Source: Candidatus Omnitrophota bacterium (lineage in GTDB: Bacteria; Omnitrophota; Gorgyraeia; Gygaellales; Profunditerraquicolaceae). Taken from it: 64,000 nt of DNA. Below the pieces are notes generated by a model that had not been told where the DNA came from, did not search any database, and saw only the letters and a program-made list of their open reading frames with translations. Within the stretch, counting starts at the first letter, position 1, and each line of letters begins with the position of its first letter. The translations under genes were made by a program, and so were the position numbers. Positions 27,090 through 37,559 of the stretch are shown in pieces. The stretch lies in assembly GCA_042577285.1 (NCBI GenBank), contig JBHPDM010000001.1, forward strand, positions 16,665 to 80,664, written 5' to 3'.

Positions 27090-27818
27090 ATGCCAAATAC
27101 AGACCTTAAGTCACAGATAAAGAACCTCGTGCAGTTGCAGAAGGTTGATTCTCAGATCCACGACCTGAAATACGAAAAGAGCCAGTTGCCCCAAGAGATA
27201 GAGGCGATTACCGCTTCCTTTGAGGCAAAGAAGCAGAGTCTGGCTGAGCTTGAGAAGGAGACCCTTGACCTGGAGGTCAAGAAGAAGGAGGGGGAGGTGG
27301 ACCTGGCAGCAAAAGAGGAGCAGGCAAAGAAATTTCAGGGACAACTTTATTCGCTGAAGACCAACGAAGAGTATAAGGCGATGCTGCAGCAGATCGAAGG
27401 GGTTAATGCCGATGCCTCTGTCGTGGAAGATAAAATCCTGGAGCTGCTTGAAAAAATCGAAGAATCAAAGAAGGCTATCGTTAAGGAAAGAGAAAGGCTC
27501 AAAGAGGAGGAAAAGTTATCAGGCCAGGAGAAGGCTAAGATCGAGGTGCGGATAAAGGAGATCGACGGTCAACTGGCGCAACTGGATGCACAGAGAAAAC
27601 AGTTCTCTCCGGGAGTGGATGCCAATATCCTTAAGCAGTACGAGAGGATCCTTGCAAACCGGGACGCGCTGGCGATAGTCGATATACAGGATAACGCTTG
27701 TCATGGGTGTAATATGTCCGTGCCGCCGCAGGTGATAAACTTGATCAGGATGTATGAACGTATTGTGACCTGCGAGGTATGCAATAGGATATTATATATA
27801 AAGGATGAAGAAGCTTAA
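27090..27818 (+). CDS. coiled-coil protein with C-terminal C4 zinc-ribbon (COG1579-like)
   Basis: Long heptad-repeat region. The C-terminus has CHGCNMSVPPQ…CEVCNRILY. Confidence 0.6.
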   Translation: MPNTDLKSQIKNLVQLQKVDSQIHDLKYEKSQLPQEIEAITASFEAKKQSLAELEKETLDLEVKKKEGEVDLAAKEEQAKKFQGQLYSLKTNEEYKAMLQQIEGVNADASVVEDKILELLEKIEESKKAIVKERERLKEEEKLSGQEKAKIEVRIKEIDGQLAQLDAQRKQFSPGVDANILKQYERILANRDALAIVDIQDNACHGCNMSVPPQVINLIRMYERIVTCEVCNRILYIKDEEA

Positions 27819-28203
27819 TATCTACATTGACGGAGCGTCTAAGGGTAACCCCGGTCCGGCAGGGATCGGGGTGGTGATGTCTTACGACGGCGAAGTTTTA
27901 AAGAACATATCCGTTAATATCGGGATTGCTACGAATAATTTTGCAGAATATACCGCTTTGATCTATGCCCTTCAAGAAGCGCTGATCATGAAGGCGGAGG
28001 AATTAAATATAAAATCCGACAGCCTGCTGCTTTGCAAGCAGATAAACAGAGAATATAAGGTTAAAAACGTAAATATCATCAGGCTTTATAAGCAGGCGCA
28101 GCATTTGATCACAGCCTTTAAGCAGGTAAAAGTCAGCCATATTCGGCGCGAGTTTAACAGCGGCGCTGATAAACTGGCAAACCAGGCTGTGAAGAAGGCT
28201 TGA
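27805..28203 (+). CDS. rnhA: ribonuclease HI family protein
   Basis: MKKLNIYIDGASKGNPGPAGIGVVM…FAEYTALIYAL shows the RNase H fold. Confidence 0.7.
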   Translation: MKKLNIYIDGASKGNPGPAGIGVVMSYDGEVLKNISVNIGIATNNFAEYTALIYALQEALIMKAEELNIKSDSLLLCKQINREYKVKNVNIIRLYKQAQHLITAFKQVKVSHIRREFNSGADKLANQAVKKA

Positions 28204-28209
28204 AATTCA

Positions 28210-28640
28210 GGAGGCAGGCGGAGAGTGGCCGCCCGCCAAAGTTCTTTGGCGGGAGGAAAGTCCGGGCTCCACAGGATAAGCGCGCTCTGTAACACAGAGC
28301 CTCGCCGCAATTCGTGGCGGGAGGGAAAGTGCCGCAGAGAATAGACTGCCGATAGTCCGCTACTGCGGACATGGCGATGGTGAAAAGGTAGTGTAAGAGA
28401 CTACCGTTGGCTGCAGCGATGCGGCTTGCACGGAAAACCCCGCGTGGAGAAAGGCGAAATAGTCCCGTCAATCCCATATTTAATGGGAATAAAAGTGGTC
28501 CGCTTGAAATCCGGCATTCGCTGGATTGACGGGAGGGTAAGCTGCTTGAGTCCCGGCGGCAACGTCGGGATCGAGAGGAATGGTCACTGCGGTTGCGGTT
28601 AATCGCACCAAGACAGAACCCGGCTTATTCCGCCTGCTTT
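28210..28640 (+). ncRNA. rnpB: RNase P RNA (bacterial type A), rnpB
   Basis: GGGAGGAAAGTCCGGGCTCCACAGG (P4 5' strand, 28251..28275) and ACAGAACCCGGCTTA (P4 3' strand, 28612..28626). P1 pairs GGCAGGCGGA (28214..28223) with TCCGCCTGC (28629..28637). GGTAAGCTGCTTGAGTCC and GNRA-type loops are present. Confidence 0.9.
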
Positions 28641-28693
28641 CTGATAATAAATATTCAACTAATAAAGGTGCTTAATAAGAAAAAGGAGGGGTA

Positions 28694-29449
28694 ATGTCAG
28701 GTCATTCAAAATGGAAGACGAATAAATCGAGGAAGAATGCGGCCGATGCCAAGAGGGGGGCGGCCTTTACTAAGATCATCAAGGAGATAGTGGTCGCCGC
28801 ACGCGAAGGGGGCGGTAATCCTGAAGTCAACCCCAGGCTGCGCACAGTGATCTCCCGGGCAAGGGAATTGAATATGCCTAATGATAACGTAAAGACAGCG
28901 ATCATGCGCGGCACAGGAGAGTTGCCAGGCATTACTTATGAGAGTGTCTCCTACGAGGCCTACGGGCCTGCGGGAGTAGCTATCCTGATAGAGGCGCTTA
29001 CTGATAATAAAAACCGTACCACAGCAGAGGTACGCAATATCATGTCTAAGAAGGGCGGAAACCTTGCCGGGGGAGGTTCGGTCAATTGGATGTTTACCAA
29101 AAAGGGATATATCCTGATCGAGAAGAGTCAGATCGGAGAAGACGAGCTGATGACAATTGCCTTGGATGCCGGCGCCGAGGATTTTAAGGCGGATCAGAAA
29201 AACTACGAAATATTTACTTCAGTGCAGGAGTTTGAAAAGGTAAAGAAGGTAATCCAGGATAAGGGGATCAAGTGTCAGCTCGCAGAATTGACGATGATCC
29301 CGTCATCTGTGGTCAAGGTGAGTGGTAATGACGCCAAATCCCTGTTAGGCCTGATCGATAGCCTTGAGGATCACGATGACGTACAACAGGTCTATGCTAA
29401 TTTTGATATCCCTGATGAGATCCTGGAGAAGATGGGCAGCAGCTCATAG
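28694..29449 (+). CDS. yebC: YebC/PmpR family DNA-binding transcriptional regulator
   Basis: MSGHSKWKTNKSRKNAADAKRGAAFTKIIKEI is the conserved YebC N-terminus. Confidence 0.9.
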   Translation: MSGHSKWKTNKSRKNAADAKRGAAFTKIIKEIVVAAREGGGNPEVNPRLRTVISRARELNMPNDNVKTAIMRGTGELPGITYESVSYEAYGPAGVAILIEALTDNKNRTTAEVRNIMSKKGGNLAGGGSVNWMFTKKGYILIEKSQIGEDELMTIALDAGAEDFKADQKNYEIFTSVQEFEKVKKVIQDKGIKCQLAELTMIPSSVVKVSGNDAKSLLGLIDSLEDHDDVQQVYANFDIPDEILEKMGSSS

Positions 29450-29452
29450 AAG

Positions 29453-29938
29453 ATGAAGATACTGGGTGTTGATCCTGCCCTTACGATTACAGGTTACGGA
29501 CTGATCAGCGCGCAGAAAAAAAAGATCTCTTTGATAGAGGCGGGTATAATCAAGACATCTGCAAGCTATGGCCTTGCCTGCAGGATCGAACGTATTTACA
29601 CCGGGATCCGCAGATTGATCATCCAGACAAGGCCTGATGTCATTGTGCTTGAAAAGCTGTACGCGCATTACCGGCACCCGGCTACTGCATTTCACCTGGG
29701 GCATGCGCGGGGAGTGATAGTTTTGGCTTGCGCGCAGGAGAAGGTGACTTTAATCGAGTACGGCGCTACCCGCATCAAAAAGGCTGTCGTGGGCAGAGGC
29801 CTTGCTACAAAGTACCAGGTGCAGAGGATGGTCGCCGGGATGACCGGGTTAAAGAGTCTGCCCAAATATACCGATGTTACGGATGCGCTGGCTTTAGCAA
29901 TCGCGCATAGCCATATAGTAAGGGCTAAAGGAATATGA
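29453..29938 (+). CDS. ruvC: crossover junction endodeoxyribonuclease RuvC
   Basis: MKILGVDPALTITGYGLI… is the RuvC N-terminus. Lies next to ruvA. Confidence 0.85.
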   Translation: MKILGVDPALTITGYGLISAQKKKISLIEAGIIKTSASYGLACRIERIYTGIRRLIIQTRPDVIVLEKLYAHYRHPATAFHLGHARGVIVLACAQEKVTLIEYGATRIKKAVVGRGLATKYQVQRMVAGMTGLKSLPKYTDVTDALALAIAHSHIVRAKGI

Positions 29939-30564
29939 TCGTAAAGATTTCAGGTAAGGTCAGGCAAAAAAACGCAAACGCTGTTGTCGTAGAGGTCTCA
30001 GGGATCTCTTACGAGGTCCTGCTTCCAACGGCCGTAATGCAAAGACTGCAGGATAAAATTGCCGATCAGAGCGATGTCAGCCTGATCACTTATCATTATC
30101 TTGCCAGCGAGCCATCGAAGAGTACGCCGGTGCTGATCGGCTTCTTAAGTGAAGTCGAGAAAGATTTTTTTGAAACATTTATTACGGTATCAGGGATCGG
30201 ACCGCGCGCAGCCCTAAGGGCATTAAGTCAGCCGATATCCCTGATCGCGCATGCGATCGATGACGGCAACACGGAGTTCTTGAGGTCACTTCCGGGAATA
30301 GGCCAGCAGCGGGCAAGGGAGATCGTAGCCAAGCTTCAGAATAAAGTAGGAAGGTTCGGCTTGATCCGGGATGATAAATTAAAGCAGCAGGAGGCCAGGG
30401 CCAGCGGTGCCGAGCAGGAGGCGCTGGCGGTTTTACTGCAGCTGCAGTATAAGAAGACCGAGGCTCAGGTGATGATCCAGAGAGCGCTAAAAGGAGAAAA
30501 GAAAATCGATTCTACGGAAGAGTTGCTTAATGAGGTATACAAACAAAAAAAGCATGTCAGATAA
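29935..30564 (+). CDS. ruvA: Holliday junction branch migration protein RuvA
   Basis: OB-fold N-terminus (MIVKISGKV…VEVSGISYEV), HhH motifs, and a C-terminal domain III. Confidence 0.85.
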   Translation: MIVKISGKVRQKNANAVVVEVSGISYEVLLPTAVMQRLQDKIADQSDVSLITYHYLASEPSKSTPVLIGFLSEVEKDFFETFITVSGIGPRAALRALSQPISLIAHAIDDGNTEFLRSLPGIGQQRAREIVAKLQNKVGRFGLIRDDKLKQQEARASGAEQEALAVLLQLQYKKTEAQVMIQRALKGEKKIDSTEELLNEVYKQKKHVR

Positions 30565-31138
30565 TAACGTCCATCCGGTAATCGAGGCGGTACTTTTTTC
30601 CAGCGATAAGCCGGTCACCCTGGAGCAGCTTAAAAATACGCTTGAGTCGATGGCAACTGAAGAGATCCGCAGGGCGATCGAGCAGTTGATGTTAGAATAC
30701 GAAAAGACTAACCGGGGGATGCGGATCATTGAAATCGCCGGCGGATTTCAGATGGTCACATCATCCGGATTTGCGCCGTTTTTAAAGAAGTTCTACAAAA
30801 AGCGCCACGTTGAACGGTTATCAAAACCGGCCCTTGAGACTCTGGCGATCATCGCTTATAAGCAGCCGTCGACAAAACTTGAGATAGAGGCCTACAGGGG
30901 GGTAAGCGTCGACGGAGTGATGTATAATCTACTGGATAAGGGGCTGGTGCGTATCTCGGGTAGAAAGAAAGCGCCAGGTAGGCCTTTTGTATTTTCGACC
31001 TCCAGGCAGTTCTTGGAATATTTCGGACTTAAATCATTGGAGGAGCTTCCTAAGATGGAGGACTTTTCCGCATTGGTCGCAGCAAAGGAGGGGACAGATG
31101 AAACTGAAAAATCTGCGCCACCAGATAAACAAGCTTGA
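30530..31138 (+). CDS. scpB: SMC-Scp complex subunit ScpB
   Basis: IEAVLFSSDKPVTLEQL…ALETLAIIAYKQPSTKLEIEAYRGVSVDGVMYNLLDKGLV shows the tandem winged helix. An alternative start at 30554 (MSDNN) would shorten the overlap with ruvA. Confidence 0.8.
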   Translation: MRYTNKKSMSDNNVHPVIEAVLFSSDKPVTLEQLKNTLESMATEEIRRAIEQLMLEYEKTNRGMRIIEIAGGFQMVTSSGFAPFLKKFYKKRHVERLSKPALETLAIIAYKQPSTKLEIEAYRGVSVDGVMYNLLDKGLVRISGRKKAPGRPFVFSTSRQFLEYFGLKSLEELPKMEDFSALVAAKEGTDETEKSAPPDKQA

Positions 31139-32159
31139 TAAAAGAATAGTCGGTCTTTTGAACCAGCGCGCAGGGATCACCCGAAAGATCGGGACTCTTA
31201 AGCGAGGCAGCGGAGGAGGCGTCTATTCGCCTGACCGGGAGCAGGATGTATTAAAAAGGATCTCACTGCAGAACCGCGGCCCATTGACCAGCGATGGCCT
31301 GAAGGCGATCTACCGTGAGGTGATGTCATGTTCGCTCTCTGCAGATAAGAATCTCCGGTTAGCTTATCTAGGGCCCAAGGCGACCTTCACCCACCTGGCA
31401 GCACTAAAGAGGTTTGGTTCACAGGTAGAGTACGTGGCTTGTAAGAACATCTCGGATGTCTTTCTAGAGGTGGAAAGGGATAACGCCGATTACGGAGTGG
31501 TCCCGATAGAGAACACGATCGAGGGAGTAGTATCTCATACGCTGGATATGTTCATCGATTCTGACCTTAAGATCTGCGCCCAGATCATCCTGGATGTTTC
31601 ACACAACCTGATGGCGAATGTTCTAAAGAAAAGCATCAAGAGAGTCTATTCCAACCCGCATGTCTTCGGGCAGTGCAGGCTATGGTTGCAGGAGAACCTT
31701 CCAGGCGCAGAGCGGATAGAGGTCTCAAGTACGACCCGCGCAGCCCAGATCGCCGCTAAAGCTAAAGGAGCCGCTTGTATCGGGTCTTCTCTGGCTGCGA
31801 GAGTCTATAAACTAAAGATCATCGCGCGCGGTATTGAGGATTCTCCGCACAACATAACGCGCTTCTTAGTAATCGCTAAGATCGATGTCCCGGCAACCGG
31901 CGATGACAGGACATCGGTGATGTTCTCGATAAAAGACAAGGTGGGAGCCCTGCACGATATGCTCTTGCCTTTCAAGAGGAATAAGATCAATCTGACCAAG
32001 ATCGAATCGCGCCCCTCCAAAAAGAAGGCATGGGATTATTATTTCTACGTCGATTTTAAGGGGCACAAGGATAATCCGCGGGTAAGAAAGGCGCTTGCGC
32101 AATTGGAGAGTAAATGTAAGTTTTTAAAAGTCCTCGGGTCATACCCGATGGGAGAATAG
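31098..32159 (+). CDS. pheA: bifunctional chorismate mutase / prephenate dehydratase
   Basis: ATG at 31098 after AAAGGAGGGG. N-terminal CM domain (LRHQINKLDKRIVGLLNQRA), the PDT domain, and a C-terminal ACT domain. Confidence 0.85.
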   Translation: MKLKNLRHQINKLDKRIVGLLNQRAGITRKIGTLKRGSGGGVYSPDREQDVLKRISLQNRGPLTSDGLKAIYREVMSCSLSADKNLRLAYLGPKATFTHLAALKRFGSQVEYVACKNISDVFLEVERDNADYGVVPIENTIEGVVSHTLDMFIDSDLKICAQIILDVSHNLMANVLKKSIKRVYSNPHVFGQCRLWLQENLPGAERIEVSSTTRAAQIAAKAKGAACIGSSLAARVYKLKIIARGIEDSPHNITRFLVIAKIDVPATGDDRTSVMFSIKDKVGALHDMLLPFKRNKINLTKIESRPSKKKAWDYYFYVDFKGHKDNPRVRKALAQLESKCKFLKVLGSYPMGE

Positions 32160-32162
32160 AAG

Positions 32163-33254
32163 ATGCTTGAATTTGTCAGGAAGAATATCATCGGTTTAAA
32201 ACCCTATATCGCGGGAAAACCTATAGAGGAGACGAAGAGGCAGTTGGGCTTGAAGAAGGTAGTAAAGCTTGCTTCAAACGAGAACCCGATCGGTGCTTCT
32301 CCAAAGGCAAAGGCTGCGATCAGGAAGGCCATATCTAGTTTAAACCGTTACCCGGACAGCCAGGGGTATTGCCTTAAAAAACGGCTGGCGCGGATGCTGC
32401 GCGTGCAGGATTCCAACATCGTCTTAGGCAACGGCTCTGACGAACTGATTGACGTGATCATAAAGACCTTTGTCGAGGACGATCAGAATATCGTCACTGC
32501 CGACGTGACTTTCCTGGAGTACGCAATCATCTCTCGTGTCAATGACCGCAGGGTGATCACCGCACCCCTGCGTTACTTTAAGTATGACTTAGAAGCGATC
32601 AGGAAGAAGATCGACGGCAAGACCAAGCTTGTATTTATTTCTAACCCGAATAATCCGACCGGTACTTATGTCAGCAAGTTTGAGTTAAAGGAGTTCCTGG
32701 GAAGTATCCCGAAGAGTGTCTTAGTGGTGCTGGATGAGGCATATGATGCCTTTATTGACGTCGATGACTTCCCGTTTAATTACGACTTCCGCAGGAATAA
32801 TAATCTGATCGTGTTAAAGACTTTCTCTAAGGCCTTTGGGCTGGCGGGAGTGCGTATCGGCTATTGCATCGCCCGTCCGGAGTTCGTCAATTTCATGGAG
32901 CGGGTAAGGCAGCCCTTTAACGTGAATTCACTCGCTCAGAAGGCCGCACTTGCCGCCCTTGAGGATAAAGCCTTTTTGAAGAAGACGCGCAAAGTAATCC
33001 TGGAGGGAAAGAGTTACCTTTACCAGCGCCTGGCATCACTGGGAGTCAGCTATGTGCCCAGCGTTGCCAATTTTATCCTGATCGATATCGGTCGCGACAG
33101 CAGGGAGGTCTTTAAAGAGATGCTTAAAGGAGGCGTGATCGTCAGAGATATGCGGCAGTACCGGTTGAAGAATTTTATCCGTGTGACTATCGGCACTAAA
33201 AAAGAGAATCAGAAGCTGATCAAAGCCCTGAAGAGCGTACTCTTAAAGAAGTAA
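32163..33254 (+). CDS. hisC: histidinol-phosphate/aromatic aminotransferase (HisC family)
   Basis: [10 protein letters not shown]…, a PLP-lysine context and ~360 aa. Its placement between pheA and aroF/tyrA suggests an aromatic aminotransferase role. Confidence 0.8.
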   Translation: MLEFVRKNIIGLKPYIAGKPIEETKRQLGLKKVVKLASNENPIGASPKAKAAIRKAISSLNRYPDSQGYCLKKRLARMLRVQDSNIVLGNGSDELIDVIIKTFVEDDQNIVTADVTFLEYAIISRVNDRRVITAPLRYFKYDLEAIRKKIDGKTKLVFISNPNNPTGTYVSKFELKEFLGSIPKSVLVVLDEAYDAFIDVDDFPFNYDFRRNNNLIVLKTFSKAFGLAGVRIGYCIARPEFVNFMERVRQPFNVNSLAQKAALAALEDKAFLKKTRKVILEGKSYLYQRLASLGVSYVPSVANFILIDIGRDSREVFKEMLKGGVIVRDMRQYRLKNFIRVTIGTKKENQKLIKALKSVLLKK

Positions 33255-33270
33255 AAAAGCGAGGCAAAAG

Positions 33271-34287
33271 ATGATCATAGTACTAAGGCCTGATGCGACA
33301 AAAAAACAAATAGAGCATATAACTGAAAAAGTCAGCAAGCTGGGTCTAAAGCCCCATGTTTCTAAAGGGGCAGAGCGCACGATCATCGGAGTGATCGGCC
33401 CTGAAGATGTATTGCGCGTGACGCCGCTTGAAGTCTTCCCGGGTGTTGAAAAGGTGATGCCGGTATTAGCTCCCTATAAGCTTGTTTCACGGGAGTTCAA
33501 GCCTAAAGGGTCAGTTATTGACGTAGGTAAGGGTGTCAAGTTTGGCGGCAAGAAGATCGCGATAATGGGGGGGCCATGCGCAATAGAAGATCCGCAGACG
33601 CTGGGTGAAATAGCAGCTGCGGTCAAGAAGGCAGGAGCTTCGGTGCTGCGCGGGGGAGCCTTTAAACCGCGCACCTCTCCTTACAGCTTTCAGGGGCTGG
33701 GTGAAGAAGGCCTCAAGTATCTTTTCGCTGCAGGGAAAGAGCAGAACCTGGTCACCGTAAGCGAAGTGATGGATACGCGCGATGTGGAATTAGTCGCCAG
33801 GTACGTTGATATCCTGCAGATTGGCGCGCGCAATATGCAGAACTTTGACCTGCTTAAAGAGGTCGGTTCCACCAGGAAGCCGGTGCTTCTTAAGCGCGGG
33901 ATGTCTTCAACGATCAAAGAGCTGCTGATGTCAGCTGAGTATATCCTCTCCGAGGGTAATTTTAACGTGATCCTTTGCGAGCGCGGCATAAGGACCTTTG
34001 AAGATCAGACACGAAATACATTAGATGTAAGCGCTATTCCGGTTGCTAAGCAGCTTTCGCATCTTCCGATCATCGCTGACCCTAGCCACGCTGCAGGTAA
34101 ATGGGGATTGGTTGCGCCGCTTTCAATGGCGGCAGTAGCTGCCGGGGCTGACGGCCTGATCATCGAGGTGCATACGCACCCGGAAGACGCTGCTTCTGAC
34201 GGAGTGCAATCGCTGTATCCTGAGAATTTTGCCTGCTTAATGCAGGAGCTGAAGAGTTTATCAAAGATTATAGGCAGGGAGATCTGA
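33271..34287 (+). CDS. aroF: 3-deoxy-7-phosphoheptulonate (DAHP) synthase, type I-beta with N-terminal regulatory domain
   Basis: [10 protein letters not shown]…[26 protein letters not shown]. An N-terminal ~90-aa ferredoxin-like domain as in the Thermotoga-type enzyme. Confidence 0.85.
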   Translation: MIIVLRPDATKKQIEHITEKVSKLGLKPHVSKGAERTIIGVIGPEDVLRVTPLEVFPGVEKVMPVLAPYKLVSREFKPKGSVIDVGKGVKFGGKKIAIMGGPCAIEDPQTLGEIAAAVKKAGASVLRGGAFKPRTSPYSFQGLGEEGLKYLFAAGKEQNLVTVSEVMDTRDVELVARYVDILQIGARNMQNFDLLKEVGSTRKPVLLKRGMSSTIKELLMSAEYILSEGNFNVILCERGIRTFEDQTRNTLDVSAIPVAKQLSHLPIIADPSHAAGKWGLVAPLSMAAVAAGADGLIIEVHTHPEDAASDGVQSLYPENFACLMQELKSLSKIIGREI

Positions 34288-35117
34288 TGAAAGTTTTTAA
34301 AAAAGCGGCGGTTATCGGTACGGGGTTGATCGGCGGCTCGATCGCCTTGGCATTAAAGAAGAAGCATTTGGCCAGGGAGGTCGTAGGAGTGAGCCGGAGG
34401 AAGTCCAGCTTATCGACTGCCAAAAGAATCGGTGCGATCGACCGGGGTTCGCAGGATATCTCTATAATCAAGGGTGCTGATCTTGTGATCCTGGCAACTC
34501 CGGTAGGATTGATCAAGCGTTTTGCTCCCAGGGTGCGCAGGTTGATCAATGATAGGTGCGTAGTCATTGATGTGGGCAGCACAAAACAGGAGATCGTGTC
34601 ATCCTTAAGCAGGGAATTCCCGCGATATATCGGGACCCACCCGCTGGCAGGCTCTGAAAAACGGGGAGTAGCAAATGCTGACGCCACGATCTTTAAGGGG
34701 CGTCTTTGCATATTGACACCGACGGCAAGTTCAAATCTAGCTGCCTTAGCCAGGACAAAAGAGTTGTGGCAGGCCTTAGGCGCAAGAGTCGTGAAGATGT
34801 CTGCGGCAAGCCATGATCTGGCGCTATCCTTAATCAGCCATCTCCCGCACGCAGTTGCTTTTTCGCTGATCGATACGATCCCTGCAAAGCACCTTAAGCT
34901 GGCTTCCTCCGGACTAAAGGATGCTACCCGGATCGCAGCATCGGACAGCCGTTTATGGGTGGATATATTCTTAAGCAACCGTAAGAACGCTGCCTCTTCG
35001 ATCAATGCCCTCCAAAAGAACCTCTCAAAACTAAGGTCAGCGATCATTAAGAATGACAGAAAGTCGCTAAAGAGATTGATCAGCCGCGCCAAGAATAAAA
35101 GAGACAGCCTGCAATGA
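34287..35117 (+). CDS. tyrA: prephenate (arogenate) dehydrogenase
   Basis: Rossmann motif VIGTGLIGGSIALAL and the TyrA core. Confidence 0.8.
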   Translation: MKVFKKAAVIGTGLIGGSIALALKKKHLAREVVGVSRRKSSLSTAKRIGAIDRGSQDISIIKGADLVILATPVGLIKRFAPRVRRLINDRCVVIDVGSTKQEIVSSLSREFPRYIGTHPLAGSEKRGVANADATIFKGRLCILTPTASSNLAALARTKELWQALGARVVKMSAASHDLALSLISHLPHAVAFSLIDTIPAKHLKLASSGLKDATRIAASDSRLWVDIFLSNRKNAASSINALQKNLSKLRSAIIKNDRKSLKRLISRAKNKRDSLQ

Positions 35118-35770
35118 TCATTGCTATTGACGGCCCCGCCGGCGCAGGCAAAAGTACAGTCGCAAAGAGAGTCGCGGAAAAGTTAAAGTATCTTTACATC
35201 GATACCGGAGCGATGTACCGGGCCCTGACGCTGAAGGCGATCGAGGAGAAGATCGAGATCTTCGACACAAATGCCCTGATCGGTATCGCCGCAACTTCCC
35301 TGATCGACCTAAAGAACAATTCAAAAGGCGAGATGGAGGTCTATATCGACGGGCGAGATGTCTCAAGATCGATCAGAGAACCGAGGATCACAAAGCTGGT
35401 CTCCGATATTGCTAAGATCAAGGAAGTAAGAGATGTGATGCTGAAGCTTCAAAGGAGACTGGGCAGACAGAGGGACAGCGTCTTAGACGGAAGGGATATC
35501 GGGACAGTAGTGTTTCCCGATGCCGATAGGAAGTTTTATCTTGATGCCAAATTCAACGAGCGGGTAAAGAGGAGATTTGAGGAGCTTAAAGCCCTGGGGC
35601 AGGATGTCTCGATGCGCCAGATCGAAGCTGATCTGCAAAACCGCGACACTATAGATTCCACGCGCAAAGTAGCACCGCTTAAACGAGCAGAAGATGCCAT
35701 CTATATTGATACGACTACGATGTCGATCGAAGAAGTGGTCGGTAATGTATTAGGATGCATCAATGGATAA
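35114..35770 (+). CDS. cmk: (d)CMP kinase
   Basis: MIIAIDGPAGAGKSTVAKRVAEKL…IDTGAMYRA. Confidence 0.9.
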   Translation: MIIAIDGPAGAGKSTVAKRVAEKLKYLYIDTGAMYRALTLKAIEEKIEIFDTNALIGIAATSLIDLKNNSKGEMEVYIDGRDVSRSIREPRITKLVSDIAKIKEVRDVMLKLQRRLGRQRDSVLDGRDIGTVVFPDADRKFYLDAKFNERVKRRFEELKALGQDVSMRQIEADLQNRDTIDSTRKVAPLKRAEDAIYIDTTTMSIEEVVGNVLGCING

Positions 35771-37559
35771 GTCTTTGATCAGGAACTTCAGTATCATCGC
35801 GCATATCGACCATGGCAAGTCTACCCTGGCAGACAGGATCCTTGAGTTGACCGGAGCCGTCGACAGGCGTAACAAGCGCGACCAGCTTCTGGATGATATG
35901 GACCTGGAGCGCGAGCGGGGGATCACGATCAAGGCTTCGACGGTACGGATCTCTTATCCTGCGGATGATTCAAAGACATATACGCTGAATCTGATCGATA
36001 CGCCCGGGCACGTTGATTTTACTTATGAAGTCTCCAAATCCCTTGCTGCGTGCGAAGGTGCGGTTTTAGTAGTCGATGCAGCCCAGGGGATCGAGGCGCA
36101 GACAGTAGCTAATTTTTACCTGGCAAAGGATAATGATCTGAGCGTTATTCCCGTGATCAATAAGATCGATCTTTCATCTGCGGATATCGCTCGGGTAACG
36201 AAACAGTTGGTAGAAGTGTTAGGTTTTAAGGAAGACGAGATCATTACCGCTTCCGCCAAGGAGGGTATTGGGGTAAAGGAAATACTCGAGAGGATCGTAA
36301 AAGAGATACCTCCCCCCTCAGGCGAGACGTTAAGTCCTTTAAAGGCCCTGGTCTTTGATTCCCGCTTTGACACCTTTAAGGGTGCGGTGGTTTTTGTCAG
36401 GGTCGTAGACGGCCAGATCCTACCCCATACCAAGATCAGGTTGATGAACTCAGGCAGGGACTATAAGATCGAAGAGCTGGGCGTGTTTAAGAATCTCAAA
36501 TATGCATCGGCTGATTCCCTGGGGTGCGGTGAGGTCGGGTATCTAACCGCTAATTTCCGCGACCCGAGAGAAGTCGTGATCGGAGATACAATAACCGACA
36601 TAAAGAATCCCTGCGCTGCGGCGCTTGTGGGTTACCGGACACTAAAACCTCTGGTCTTCTGCGGCATCTATCCTGTCAGCCCGGGTGATTTTGTGCATCT
36701 GCGCGAGGCAATGGATAAGATGAAGCTGTCTGACGCTTCTTTTGTATACGAACCTGAAAGTTCCCAGTCCTTTGGCCCGGGATTTCGCTGCGGATTCCTG
36801 GGCCTTTTGCATATGGAGATCGTGCAGGAGCGGTTAAGGAGAGAGTATGACCTTAGCCTTATCCTGACCGTGCCTAACGTGGTTTACTGGGTACGCAAGA
36901 AAAGCGGAGAATCGGTCGAGGTGGATACTCCGAGCGATCTGCCGCCGTCGCAGGATACGCAAGAGACCCTCGAACCATATGCAAATCTTTTGATGATCGT
37001 CCCTATTGATACGATAGACCCGGTCTGTGAATTCGCAAAGTCCAGACGCGGTATTTTTAAATCCAATGATTACCTGGGGGAAGACAGGATCAAGTTGAGT
37101 TACGAGATGCCTCTTTCAGAGATCATCGTTGATTTTTACGACCGGATAAAATCCCTGACCAAGGGTTTTGGTTCCCTGGATTATGAATTTAGCGCATATT
37201 ATCCGACAAAAATGGTGAAGTTAGATGTAATGCTCAATGGCGTAGTCTGCGATGCCTTCTCATCTCTTTTGCATAAGGATAAAGCAAGTTCCCGTGCGCA
37301 TGCGATAGTGAATAAGCTTAAAGAGCATATTCCGCGGCAGGTCTATGAGGTGGTGATCCAGGCAGGGATAGGCAATCAGATCCTGGCTTCGGCAAAGGTG
37401 CGGGCATTGAGTAAGCATGTCACCAGTAAGTGTTACGGCGGAGATATCACGCGCAAACGCAAACTCTGGGAGCTCCAGAAGAGGGGGAAGAAGCGGCTGA
37501 AGCAGTTCGGTAAGGTAGAGATCCCGCAGGAAGTCTTTCTGGAGGTACTGAAGATATGA
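35763..37559 (+). CDS. lepA: translation elongation factor 4 (LepA)
   Basis: IRNFSIIAHIDHGKSTLADR… and a LepA-specific C-terminus. Confidence 0.95.
   Translation: MDKSLIRNFSIIAHIDHGKSTLADRILELTGAVDRRNKRDQLLDDMDLERERGITIKASTVRISYPADDSKTYTLNLIDTPGHVDFTYEVSKSLAACEGAVLVVDAAQGIEAQTVANFYLAKDNDLSVIPVINKIDLSSADIARVTKQLVEVLGFKEDEIITASAKEGIGVKEILERIVKEIPPPSGETLSPLKALVFDSRFDTFKGAVVFVRVVDGQILPHTKIRLMNSGRDYKIEELGVFKNLKYASADSLGCGEVGYLTANFRDPREVVIGDTITDIKNPCAAALVGYRTLKPLVFCGIYPVSPGDFVHLREAMDKMKLSDASFVYEPESSQSFGPGFRCGFLGLLHMEIVQERLRREYDLSLILTVPNVVYWVRKKSGESVEVDTPSDLPPSQDTQETLEPYANLLMIVPIDTIDPVCEFAKSRRGIFKSNDYLGEDRIKLSYEMPLSEIIVDFYDRIKSLTKGFGSLDYEFSAYYPTKMVKLDVMLNGVVCDAFSSLLHKDKASSRAHAIVNKLKEHIPRQVYEVVIQAGIGNQILASAKVRALSKHVTSKCYGGDITRKRKLWELQKRGKKRLKQFGKVEIPQEVFLEVLKI

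Noticed and set aside
28086-28477. Minus-strand ORFs of 74 and 107 aa
   Set aside because: They lie inside the RNase P RNA gene and the rnhA 3' end, so they are non-coding on that strand.
34268-35092. 274-aa minus-strand ORF
   Set aside because: It is antisense to tyrA (34287..35117), which has a clear Rossmann motif and operon context. The minus ORF has low-complexity Ala/Arg-rich composition typical of an antisense frame.
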